Under the pieces are notes generated by a model that saw only the letters and a program-made list of their open reading frames with translations, was not told the DNA's origin and made no database searches. A stretch of 63,213 bases of DNA, filler included, from Octopus bimaculoides (lineage: Eukaryota), in NCBI RefSeq assembly GCF_001194135.2. It is 7 parts of 7 records of this genome, joined end to end, with 100 filler letters (N's around TTAATTAATTAA, not from the genome) between each part and the next. Parts side by side here need not be neighbours in the genome. Positions count along the whole stretch, not along the records: positions 1 to 11,688 come from NC_068985.1; positions 11,789 to 26,758 come from NC_068990.1; 5 more parts are not named here. One strand, written 5' to 3'. The translations under genes and the position numbers were made by a program. How positions within the stretch are numbered: position 1 is the stretch's first letter; the number at the start of each line of letters is the position of its first letter. This document shows positions 1-12,389 of this stretch, one piece after another.

Positions 1-355
1 ATATATATATGCGTATATGTATGTATACATATGTATATATATATATCGTATTGTATTTATAGGTAGAGAGAGAGAGAGAGATATGTTTATATATAGGAGT
101 GAACGTGTTACTTTTTGAATACAAGAATTTTCTGAAGATCTCTTTTATTTCAGTTTAATAACAAAAGTTACTTCTAATATAATTCTCTCACGTCGACGTA
201 TGTATGTTTCCTTTTGTACATGTTCAGTTGCTATATTTCAATGTTTTCTTTCAGTGAAAACTTTGCAATATTCTAGCTATTTAAAAATACAAATATTTCG
301 CTGCTTCCCTATGTTCTTAATATTGACAAATTAATGCGTTTAATATATATTTAAC

Positions 356-412
<57 letters not shown>

Positions 413-655
413 CTATGGACATTTTTATTTCAGCAGTGTTTATCTCGATACTCGAGTTTGACGTCACTGCCAACTTGAGACAAGAACATCTACAAACTTG
501 TAGAGTGCACCAGTTATATTCATTTCCCTGCTGTTTGTTTCGATTTTTTTTTCTATTCGTTCATTTTCTATTCCTACATTCGTCATCGTTCTTTCTAGTT
601 CATTTGACAGATTCGTTTATTTATATGTATATATGTATATACATGTGTATATTAT

Positions 656-1327
656 AGCCTGCTTGTTTGTTGCACCTTGTTTACCATTTTTTTGTCCTTG
701 TTCTTTTGCCACGTCATGTACCCAGTAATGTATCTATATGTACATGTGGATGAACGTATATACATGTATATACATGTACATATATATGCATATACTCATA
801 TATTGTTTGTATCACGACAGAACGCACGCGTTACCTTTATACAGTAAGTTTAACTATTTTTCTCCCCCTCTCATTCTTCGCCTCTACCTGTCACTACTTC
901 TCTCTCTCTCTCTCTATCTCTTGTTACTCGTCCTTCGCCTCTCACCGTTACTACTACTATCTCTCTCTCTCTCTCTTTCTCTACCTCTCGTTGCTCACTT
1001 TTATTCTACTTCCTCCCCTCCCTTTCCCTCTGCTACTCTTTCTCTTCACACAGCCTTGGCCACGTGTATGCGGTTGCTATTTCTTTTCGTTCTTGGAATC
1101 ACCAAGCTCGCACGTACTTCTGTGCCCCTCCTGTACGTGCTTCACAGCGTTCGAGACATACACACTTCACGTCTGACTGTACAGCCTTTTTGTTTGTTGC
1201 ACCTTGTTTACCATTTTTGTCCTTGTTCTTTTGCCACGTCATGTACCCAGTTATGTATCTCTATGTACATGCGGATGAACGTATATACATACATGTACAT
1301 ATATATACATATACTCATATATTGTTT
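656..1327. repeat. ~150-bp direct repeat, copies at 656-808 and 1183-1327
   Basis: AGCC..TGTTTGTTGCACCTTGTTTACCATTTTT..GTCCTTGTTCTTTTGCCACGTCATGTACCCAG..CATATACTCATATATTGTTT occurs twice about 525 bp apart; the second copy runs into a gap. Confidence 0.9.
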
Positions 1328-3086
1328 ATATATANNNNNNNNNNNNNNNNNNNNNNNNNNNNNNNNNNNNNNNNNNNNNNNNNNNNNNNNNNNNNNNNNN
1401 NNNNNNNNNNNNNNNNNNNNNNNNNNNNNNNNNNNNNNNNNNNNNNNNNNNNNNNNNNNNNNNNNNNNNNNNNNNNNNNNNNNNNNNNNNNNNNNNNNNN
1501 NNNNNNNNNNNNNNNNNNNNNNNNNNNNNNNNNNNNNNNNNNNNNNNNNNNNNNNNNNNNNNNNNNNNNNNNNNNNNNNNNNNNNNNNNNNNNNNNNNNN
1601 NNNNNNNNNNNNNNNNNNNNNNNNNNNNNNNNNNNNNNNNNNNNNNNNNNNNNNNNNNNNNNNNNNNNNNNNNNNNNNNNNNNNNNNNNNNNNNNNNNNN
1701 NNNNNNNNNNNNNNNNNNNNNNNNNNNNNNNNNNNNNNNNNNNNNNNNNNNNNNNNNNNNNNNNNNNNNNNNNNNNNNNNNNNNNNNNNNNNNNNNNNNN
1801 NNNNNNNNNNNNNNNNNNNNNNNNNNNNNNNNNNNNNNNNNNNNNNNNNNNNNNNNNNNNNNNNNNNNNNNNNNNNNNNNNNNNNNNNNNNNNNNNNNNN
1901 NNNNNNNNNNNNNNNNNNNNNNNNNNNNNNNNNNNNNNNNNNNNNNNNNNNNNNNNNNNNNNNNNNNNNNNNNNNNNNNNNNNNNNNNNNNNNNNNNNNN
2001 NNNNNNNNNNNNNNNNNNNNNNNTAGATTCAATGTGAATGTGGTACTTGAGTTTAGGCACCATAATTAAATATGGTATTATCCAAAGAATTCCAAAATAA
2101 TTTTTCAGGATGGAACGCAGTCGGGCTACGCCCCAAAGCATTTTTGTATGAAGTCAGCTTTTTACCATACAGTCATGGCTCCGCCGTTTTCATAAGTATC
2201 ATCGTGTTCTTTGGAAAACTGGCGCGCTGTCGATTGCGACGAAGACTGATCCGATTGACCAGGTCTGCAGAACAGCCTACGGTGGAACTTAATGTGAAAT
2301 ATAACGGAGCACTCCGCAGATTCGCCTAACCATGATGGAGTTCTTAAGAAGATACGTCATTAAACAGGATATGTCAAACCGGTGCTTCCGCATGCATGTA
2401 CCACTCATTTTTGCTAGCTTAGTAACCTGAATTATATTGTTTTGCTGACGGACACAACGCACCACCCAGAATCTAATTCACGATTTTACGATCGTGGGTA
2501 AAACCTCTTAGCCAATGAGGCACAAGTTTTCACTTCATTTACACATGCACGCGCACGCACACGCGTGCACATTTTCTCAAAGAGGTGTTGAAAGAGAAAA
2601 GTCGTTGATAAATTTAAAGGTATCACTCTTGCCACTTTGACAGTGATTAAGATGCAAATGCTAGCATTTCACAGCAAATAAGAACGTTTTCAAAACGATT
2701 CTAAAGACAAGGTTGAAATATGACATTTGATCAGTTTCGATGAGCTTTGGTTTTTCCAGAAACAAACTTAGAAGATGAGTGATATATGAATTTACTTGTC
2801 TGGCACAATTGCCGAAATTAGTCTTATTGAGTGTAGACACCACTTCGCAGAAGGCATGGAATACAGGTCAGCTGCGTCAATGATAAGAGAATGTTGCAAG
2901 GAAATGTCAGCAAGTCACAAGATCCTGGTTTGCATGATCCATGCAAACGTTGTCTAACGTTGACATCGACGTCAGCAGGCATTAGTACGTCGAAGATCAA
3001 AGTAAAGAGAATATTAGCGTGGAGGGGTGGGGTTATGTTTTACATTATATGAAGTGATACAGTTCTACATTTAATACAGGCAGTGA

Positions 3087-3335
<249 letters not shown>

Positions 3336-3490
3336 ATCGAAAAATACCTTACGAATGAGAATCCACGTTCGAAATTTCCCGAAGGAACCTGATGAACGCT
3401 GGAGGGTATATCTGCCGAAACGTTGTGTTAACAACAAACAAGATGAGGACAAATATCCGTCAAAATATAATGAAAATTATGTAAATAATG
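3336..3490 (+). mobile_element. ~155-bp dispersed repeat (family H1) with hammerhead core, copy 1
   Basis: Near-identical to 43879-44030 (ATCGAAAAATACCTTA..CCTGATGAA..GAAA(C/T)GTTGTGTTAACAA..GAGGACAAATATCCG..ATGTAAATAATG). Confidence 0.9.
3384..3429 (+). ncRNA. degenerate minimal type I hammerhead ribozyme (CUGAUGA core)
   Basis: CTGATGA 3389-3395, decayed stem II CGCTG/CTGCC, GAAACGT-T 3417-3424, GTGTT; the stem I 5' strand is decayed. Confidence 0.5.
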
Positions 3491-6340
3491 TTATATAAAG
3501 TTCTTGTTAATGTTGGGATGGAGGTGCTCACGAAACATATCCATACACAGTATGATATTGTTTTTTAAGTATTCTATGTTGATCATTCTCCATTCCCTAT
3601 TACTGCAGTCTAGCAGAATAATTATTTGCCAGAGATGCAGAATACCAACTTGTAGTATTTATCCACACACGAACAAGCGTGCATATGAGCTTTGAAATCC
3701 GATATAATAACTATCGTAAAAATGTGTATTCTAACACAGCATACCCTTTCAAATGGGGATCAATCTTACCTTATAATTTCACAGAATGTTTTGTTTTTTC
3801 GAATGTTTCTTAGTCATTGAATGTTTTTTGAAATTTGATTTAGTATATTTTGTAAGTGCATTGCTGTTCGAAAACGTCACATTACAAAACATTCATAATT
3901 AATGTCACATATATATTTGTATTAATCCACTGTTTAGATATAGCAGGGCATCAATATCATCAAGTTCACAACGTTTTTTTTAAGAAACGTGACTTCACCA
4001 TCGTAATTAGGACTGCTATTGTAATGCATGCGCAAAGATTTCTCTGTGCCAGAATAAACAGCTTAGCTATATTGTTAATCTTGTTTGTTTCAAAACATAC
4101 CAGAATAATTTTTATACGACAATAATTTGACATTTGGTTGAAATGTTTTTGAAAAAATACCCCGTTCGTATACCTAAAAAATGCATGTGCGTGTATATCA
4201 ATTAATGCACAAATTTACAAATATATGCACACACACTGACACATTGGACGTGCACAATAACATATGCTTCTCACAAGCGAGAGAGGTAGAGAGAGAGAGA
4301 GAGAGGGAGAGAGAGAGAGGGAGAGAGAGAGAGGGAGGGAGAGAGAGAAAGAGAGACTAGTAGTAGTTTCATTCGACCAAAGCACTAGTACGGAATACAA
4401 TTAAATATTTTTTTTATAATTACATTGAAATATGAACCCGAATTACGCACATATTTTCTGAAATTTCTCATACGATTAGAAGAGATCTACGCTCCACTAG
4501 GCTTAAGGCTCATAATGTGTATGTCTATCTGATAATATTAATTATCTATGTGTATGCACTGTGAGCACCCTGGGTATGATATCATCCGTATACGAGATAT
4601 AATAGAGTTGTCGTTTTTGAGAAATTTTTATGGAATGATAACTGTAAAATGTCCTTACACTCGCTTAGAATTTATGATCGAAAAATACTCGAATATCACT
4701 TATATAAATCTGTATTAGAAAGAAATGATACATATAAGTAGCAATATGATTGATTGGTAACATCATGACTGATGAGTGGTAGTCGGTAGAGAGATACAAG
4801 CCATTCAAATTGTGAAGAATGTGTTTTCAATTTTATGTTAAGATACGAAGTTAAGAAAAGCAGTGTCAGTGAAAAATGTGTGGATACACACAGAACTCGT
4901 AAAGGAAAATATATAACTTATTGTTACTTGATTTACTATGCATGGACTTATCAAAAACAGCATGCAATATGTTGTTTACGCATGAAGATGCTGATGATAT
5001 AATTGAAAGTAGATCCGATTTAAAACTTACGAAAAGATACATTAACTATAATCTAAAATCATTTCTACTTTGTAATGTTCCAAAGGAAAGACTAATTGTT
5101 TCACTTGCAAACGATTAAAGTCCAAATAAATATTAGTCAACAACGAGAGAGACGCAGCTGGGAAAAACTACATAATTACTCTTCCATCTTATACATCTTC
5201 CACTTGTAACCACTTAAAATAGATTTAAAATGAAAATAATCACATTAATATCTTCTATAGTCCTGAATATGACAGATGTTACATCAGTTGCTACAAACGT
5301 CTCAAGTAGCATTATGAATTACATGGAAAATGGAGAAGAATTGATTCATATATAACAGAAAAAAAATTCACAAATTATCAAATTGAATATATTGATCGAG
5401 TTTGACATATTTGGCGACAAAAAACGGAAGCAAACACAGAATCGGATGAATCAGAATCACTTGAATGTTCTTTAATAATGTTAGTTCCGACAGAAGACGT
5501 TTTGATTGAGGAGCTGAGACTAAAGTCTTATTTTCCTATTTCGAACGCTCTGTCTGCTGCACTTCAATAAGTTTCGATGATCTGTGAACATTAAAGTTTT
5601 ATTAAACTGGACAGTGAAACACCAGGAGATAAACATCATAGTAGAAAAATGCCTACGGACTACAGTTTTCTTTAGGCAAAAAATTATTGTGAAAAAAATA
5701 CAACATAAATGAAATATACAAACGCAATTATAATATAAGATGTTCCACGGGATTTATGAGAAGAACAGTAGATGTAACGTGTAGCTCGTTTAATTATAAT
5801 TGTAACTGAAGCGCATAACAATCTAGACACCCATCTGTTGAAAAATATTACAATCTGATGGCCGACAGATTTAGCATAGTTCTTGATAGTTATTATCAGA
5901 ATTTTCATATTTAGAATCTACTCGTGGGACGACGAAGCGTTGTCTCAAAATATGCGCCATTCTCAAAGGTGTATTTTATTTGAATCTGTCGAAAATGTAG
6001 AAATATTTTTTTGTAAATATTGATTCTTTTTGTCAGAGCATCGGGACAATGTTTGTTATTAGAAAAGAAAACTAGTTAATGGAATCAACCAAATTCAATA
6101 ACTCGTTTACATGATATTGACTCCTGGGAATGAAAAGCAATGTGATTTGAACTCAAACTGACTAATGTATTAAGTAAAAACGATACCAATTACGACGAAG
6201 CACCACTTTGTTATTTGGTACAGCATTCGCTTTGTAGAGGATGCTGTAGAGGGAAGGGAATCAATTAGATTATATCGATTTAATCATAGAAGCGCGGCTT
6301 CAGATTTTGGGTGTAGTGTATAGTCAATACTGAACTCAAT

Positions 6341-6530
6341 TAGGCGGCGAACAGGCAGAAACGCTGGGCGAAATGCTTAGCGGTATTTCGTTTGTCTTTA
6401 CGTTTTGAGTTCAAATTTCACCGAGGTCGACTTTGCCATTCATTTCTTCGGGGTGGATAAATTAAGTTACAGTTGTGTACTGGGGTCACTCCAATGGACT
6501 GATGCCCTCCCCCAAAATTCTTATTCGTAG
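6341..6530 (+). mobile_element. tRNA-type SINE (family C)
   Basis: GGCGGCGA..GGCAGAA..GAAATGCTTAGCGGTATTTCG..GAGTTCAAAT (B-box-like)..GAGGTCGACTTTGCC; about ten copies in the window. Confidence 0.85.
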
Positions 6531-9273
6531 AGTAGTTTCGTAGTTGGCTGTTAATTATATTACAGATCCTAGAAAGAGGTTTGACAAATTCAAGTGCGAC
6601 AGGATTTGAACGTAAATTGTTTATTACGCTTAAAATTTATTCTCTTGACTTTACCAATTTACCACATTTATCGACTATAATAATAATATCCTAATCAGTG
6701 TTATGCATTTAAATGTTCCTTTTTAAAAATTAAATCCGTATTCTTCAAATTGATACAGGGAAATAATCGGTATGTATTTTGCAATCAGCAAAGGAATTAA
6801 GGAAAGGTTTTTTATACTGGTTTGTGATTCTAAAGAGAAAACTGCCTGTGCAATTAAAGCCAACAAGACTCCAAAACCCAAAACATTCGTAAGAAGAGAC
6901 AACTATTTTATATATTTTAGCAATAAATTTATATCTAATATTTAGGTGTTTTATCTTCGTATACAATTAATTCATTTCTCTCTAAATCTTATTTCAAACG
7001 TTTCACTTAAAAACAAACGTGTATATAAACACGCACAAAATTCGACAATTAATATGTCAACGGTAATTAATCATTACTTTAAATATATCTAATGTTCTTG
7101 TTTGTTTTCTTGTTATTGTATGTTTATTGTGAATATAATTCTCTATGGATTTTAAATTGCAATAAAACATTGTACATCAGTTACACTGATGTTGGTTTCA
7201 AAAATAGTTCCATCAAATTGACTGGAATTCACCTCTCAGTAGACGAAAACTAATTGTTTTGTTTTAAAAATTTAGAATTTAATGCCGATTTTATTGAAAT
7301 AATAGAATGAAGTATTGTATATTGCATTTAAACAATTTATATTCAATGTTATAATGTTCAAAACGTGACTTAACATTGTATACAGATCTATTCAGTTATG
7401 AAATCCTATTGTTTAAAATATGAGCTTACTATAGTTATTTACAGCATAAAATTTACATTTTAAAGAAATCTTTTGAGGAATAGAAGCTGTGCCATTTAGC
7501 AATCTCTTTTATTAACGGAAACTGAATATATAACAATGGGAAACTTTTATCACTGGAATGAATATTGTAAGAAAAATAGCACACTACTTTTATTTGCGAA
7601 ATGACAAAGATTTGAGTATATATCTCACTAATCAAATGTTCATACTTATTGTGGGACTGATTTCTTTTTTCTTTTATTAGAAACCTGATATTTTCAACGG
7701 GTAAAAATAAAATGAAGTCCGATAAAACACATCAGGAATATTCAGTTACTTTCGCGGGCAGTAATACAAGAATTTGTGTGCGTTTTCTTGTTGGAGAACG
7801 GCTTCTCTCTCACCTGTTCCCAATAATGCTATGTGGTCAAAAATGCCAAGAGAAATGATGTTTTATGTGACACATTCTAACAGTATGCGAATTTTTAAAG
7901 TAATTGTTACTAAAAATTATTTTATAAATGTGCCGGCCAAAGGGAAAGGATCCAACATTTTTGAACGTTTACCGCGTGAATTGTTTAAATCCTCGTCGCT
8001 ACTGTTATAATGTGAATCTTCTTCAAATTGTGTATTATTGTCGGCACTGTAATATTCTTGTCGCCACTATTATAATGTGGCGGTATTCTGTTTCTTATTC
8101 ACTTTGACTCGTCTATCCTGCAATCGCTGATAGCTCCGCAAGACAATGAGATGATACATCTACCTTGACAGTAATTCGGCCTATATAACGCGTAACTGAC
8201 CGTGCCTCCTATACGGGAGCTCGTCCAACGACTCTACAACAACTGATTGTCTGACTTTATAGTGGCTGGTTCATNNNNNNNNNNNNNNNNNNNNNNNNNN
8301 NNNNNNNNNNNNNNNNNNNNNNNNNNNNNNNNNNNNNNNNNNNNNNNNNNNNNNNNNNNNNNNNNNNNNNNNNNNNNNNNNNNNNNNNNNNNNNNNNNNN
8401 NNNNNNNNNNNNNNNNNNNNNNNNNNNNNNNNNNNNNNNNNNNNNNNNNNNNNNNNNNNNNNNNNNNNNNNNNNNNNNNNNNNNNNNNNNNNNNNNNNNN
8501 NNNNNNNNNNNNNNNNNNNNNNNNNNNNNNNNNNNNNNNNNNNNNNNNNNNNNNNNNNNNNNNNNNNNNNNNNNNNNNNNNNNNNNNNNNNNNNNNNNNN
8601 NNNNNNNNNNNNNNNNNNNNNNNNNNNNNNNNNNNNNNNNNNNNNNNNNNNNNNNNNNNNNNNNNNNNNNNNNNNNNNNNNNNNNNNNNNNNNNNNNNNN
8701 NNNNNNNNNNNNNNNNNNNNNNNNNNNNNNNNNNNNNNNNNNNNNNNNNNNNNNNNNNNNNNNNNNNNNNNNNNNNNNNNNNNNNNNNNNNNNNNNNNNN
8801 NNNNNNNNNNNNNNNNNNNNNNNNNNNNNNNNNNNNNNNNNNNNNNNNNNNNNNNNNNNNNNNNNNNNNNNNNNNNNNNNNNNNNNNNNNNNNNNNNNNN
8901 NNNNNNNNNNNNNNNNNNNNNNNNNNNNNNNNNNNNNNNNNNNNNNNNNNNNNNNNNNNNNNNNNNNNNNNNNNNNNNNNNNNNNNNNNNNNNNNNNNNN
9001 NNNNNNNNNNNNNNNNNNNNNNNNNNNNNNNNNNNNNNNNNNNNNNNNNNNNNNNNNNNNNNNNNNNNNNNNNNNNNNNNNNNNNNNNNNNNNNNNNNNN
9101 NNNNNNNNNNNNNNNNNNNNNNNNNNNNNNNNNNNNNNNNNNNNNNNNNNNNNNNNNNNNNNNNNNNNNNNNNNNNNNNNNNNNNNNNNNNNNNNNNNNN
9201 NNNNNNNNNNNNNNNNNNNNNNNNNNNNNNNNNNNNNNNNNNNNNNNNNNNNNNNNNNNNNNNNNNNNNNNNN

Positions 9274-9306
<33 letters not shown>

Positions 9307-10849
9307 TATATTATTTATAATGCTGTACTGAAAGTATTTGTTTCATTTTAAATTTGGAGTTTATAATTCAGAACCAATTTAGAGATGAACATTCTTTTTC
9401 ACAGTTTTAGAGTTTCATTTATACCCAGGAGTATTGTGTCGCGTATTCTTCCTAAGATTGTTAGGATTTATTTTTCGCTTGTACACAATTCTTTTTTTTT
9501 GTTTTGTGTCATAGGTATTATTGTTCCAAAAGTTTATTTTATGTTTTTGTATGTATAAGTTATGTGCAAATATAATTCAATGGAGTACGTTTGACATCAG
9601 TGCCTTCACTTGGGAAATTTAACTTAAAATCTGTCCACAAATATATAATTGCTTACTCGATATAAATGGCTATATATGTATACAATCACACACAGACACA
9701 TACAAGAGCACGCGCGCACACCTACATGTACATGTACTTATGGGTTATATATATATATTTAGAATTATGTATGTATGTCTATATGTATGCCCGTGTCAGT
9801 GTATGTGTGTGTGTGTGAGTGTGTGTGTGTATGTGTGTGTGTGTGTGCTAGAGACAATGTGAGTTATTGTTTTCTGTACTTTAGTTTTCTAGTGATGTAC
9901 TAAATATAGCACAGATGACAGACTCTAGCACCGCGTGTCCATCACACCTGAACAAACAAAACACCGTTACGATTAATATTAATGCTATGTGTACAGTCCA
10001 AAATACATATATGTATATATGTATATATGTATACACACTCAGGCAAGTATATATATATATATNNNNNNNNNNNNNNNNNNNNNNNNNNNNNNNNNNNNNN
10101 NNNNNNNNNNNNNNNNNNNNNNNNNNNNNNNNNNNNNNNNNNNNNNNNNNNNNNNNNNNNNNNNNNNNNNNNNNNNNNNNNNNNNNNNNNNNNNNNNNNN
10201 NNNNNNNNNNNNNNNNNNNNNNNNNNNNNNNNNNNNNNNNNNNNNNNNNNNNNNNNNNNNNNNNNNNNNNNNNNNNNNNNNNNNNNNNNNNNNNNNNNNN
10301 NNNNNNNNNNNNNNNNNNNNNNNNNNNNNNNNNNNNNNNNNNNNNNNNNNNNNNNNNNNNNNNNNNNNNNNNNNNNNNNNNNNNNNNNNNNNNNNNNNNN
10401 NNNNNNNNNNNNNNNNNNNNNNNNNNNNNNNNNNNNNNNNNNNNNNNNNNNNNNNNNNNNNNNNNNNNNNNNNNNNNNNNNNNNNNNATATATATATGTA
10501 TGTATATATATATATAAGGTCTGATCGATAGGTATCCGGACTGTTGTCACAGTAACAAAGCTAACGCATGCAATTGCATCTCCTGACGCAACTCACGCAA
10601 CGACCCATCAACTCATGTTTCTGTTTGAGAAATCGTTGCTGGTGAGTGTTTTAGAGGTTGGAATGCAAGTCCTAGATGAGCATACTTTTGTCGACTTTTC
10701 GAGCACACAGAGGAAACGTTGGGCTTGTTCTTTGACATGTGGTCTCCAACAAAATTAATGGAGAGAGAGAGAGAACCGGAGAGAGAGAGACAGAGCGACA
10801 GACAGATAGATAGATAGGTAGGTAGGTAGGTAGATAGATAAAGAGATAA

Positions 10850-10900
<51 letters not shown>

Positions 10901-10924
10901 CATACATACATACATACGTATATA

Positions 10925-11210
10925 CCTGCATTACAGCAACTATATCTACTGCACTTCCTGTTCTCTGTGTCCTTCCCGGTACATTGGTGAAACGGGACGT
11001 CACTGGGCCAACCGGTTCACTGAGTAACTGCGAAACATCCGACTCGGCAATCACAAACTTGGATCGCGTCACTTCCGCTTCACCCGTAATTCACTACAAC
11101 ATCTGTCTGTGTCCGTACTATCTTTCAACAGGGGTTACCGGGACACCCGCCTCTGCCATGAACAAGCAATAATCATTTCTCTTCATTCCCTTGTCACATA
11201 TGTCTTTTGA
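10925..11210 (+). mobile_element. Penelope-like element, GIY-YIG endonuclease fragment
   Basis: Translates as SNYIYCTSCSLCPSRYIGETGRHWANRFTE*LRNIR..SRHF..HEQAII, matching the PLE xIYxxxC..C..YIGETxR..RFxEH motif. Confidence 0.85.
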
Positions 11211-11403
11211 TAGGCACCTCACTTCATCTAAAACCAACCTCACACATTCCGATGCATCTCCTATCTTTAGTCGCCGCTCCCCTGATTTATTCAGACACTC
11301 ACATACACAAACACACACCCATACACACACACATACACACACATATATACACACACACATACACACACACACATACACACACACGTATATATATACACAT
11401 ATA

Positions 11404-11567
11404 TACGACGGGCTTCTTTCAGTTTCCCTCTACCAAATTCACTGACAAGTATTTGGTCGGCCCGAGACTGTAGTAGAAGGCACTTGCCCAAGGTGCCACG
11501 TAGTGGGACTGAACCCGGAACCATGTGGTTCGTAAGCAATCTACTGACGAAAAAGACACTCCTACGC
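11404..11567 (-). mobile_element. tRNA-type SINE (family A head)
   Basis: Reverse complement of ..ACCACATGGTTCCGGGTTCAGTCCC..GGCACCTTGGGCAAGTG..GAAGCCCGTCGTA; similar to 46527-46694. Confidence 0.85.
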
Positions 11568-11568
11568 C

Positions 11569-11601
<33 letters not shown>

Positions 11602-11935
11602 TTTAGCTGATTGTCAATTAAATTAAAAGAAGACAAGAAGGCAAGTAATTGCCTGAAAGCAGAAACACAAGATGAATTATGAAGGTTCNNNNNNNNNNNN
11701 NNNNNNNNNNNNNNNNNNNNNNNNNNNNNNNNTTAATTAATTAANNNNNNNNNNNNNNNNNNNNNNNNNNNNNNNNNNNNNNNNNNNNAATTTGGGATCA
11801 ACAAGAAAAAGTACAGTTGGACACTTATTTCCAATCACTACAATTGTTTCTATGCAACTTAGTTCTTCAGGTGTGCAGGTACTTAATTATGTAACTGTTT
11901 CCCTGCATTATGAGATCTAGTTGTGTTTCCTCAGG

Positions 11936-12251
11936 CGATATGTAAATATTGTCTCCGAAAACCAATTCAAGGTCCGGTATCGCCACCATGTCTCCTCTTT
12001 CCAAAAGGTAAAGCCAGAGACACACAACATCACTAGTAGACATAATATGGAGATTAAAAGAAGGAAAAGTAAGATGTGAAACAGAATGGTCAATAATAAA
12101 AGATGCATACCCTAATAATATGTTAGCCAGTATATGTGACCTGTGCTTTGAGGAAGCCTTGTACATTCTTTTAAGTAACGAAAACTTGGTAAACAAGCAT
12201 ACTGAGAAGATCTCATGACATTGTCACTGCACCAAATTTACATTTTCCTGA
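11936..12251 (+). mobile_element. Penelope-like element, C-terminal GIY-YIG fragment (frameshifted)
   Basis: RYVNIVSENQFKVRYRHHVSSF then IIWRLKEGKVRCETEWSIIKDAYPNNMLASICDLCFEEALYILLSNENLVNKHTE; typical PLE C-terminus (W..IK..Y....C.LC.EE..IL..LNK). Confidence 0.8.
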
Positions 12252-12389
12252 TATAACACAGTAAAATAATAATAATTCAGTGAACTCTCTCCTTCTCTCC
12301 TCCTATCCACGTGTGCGTGTGTCTGATTGTAGTTTTATAAGGACGTATGCGTGCCTGTCTGCGTGTTTAGTATGCATGGGTGTATGTAT

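Noticed and set aside
1100-1150. Minus-strand CTGTGAA-stem-GAGCTT as a hammerhead
   Set aside because: Needs several indels in the core and has no stem I.
738-2069. Long ORFs in the track containing X runs (also 8247, 9915, 49440, 51246, 54664 and others)
   Set aside because: They are open only because Ns and dinucleotide repeats lack stop codons.
2026-2990. Possible RTE or PLE protein remnants (e.g. VIYEFTC near 2780)
   Set aside because: Matches too short and too interrupted to assign.
11733-11744. TTAATTAATTAA islands inside N runs (also 26803, 33699, 42870, 58399, 62057)
   Set aside because: Identical 12-mer always embedded in gaps; an assembly or scaffolding linker, not biology.
11917-12108. 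63-aa ORF with a transmembrane-like segment on the minus strand
   Set aside because: It is the antisense of a recognisable PLE GIY-YIG fragment.
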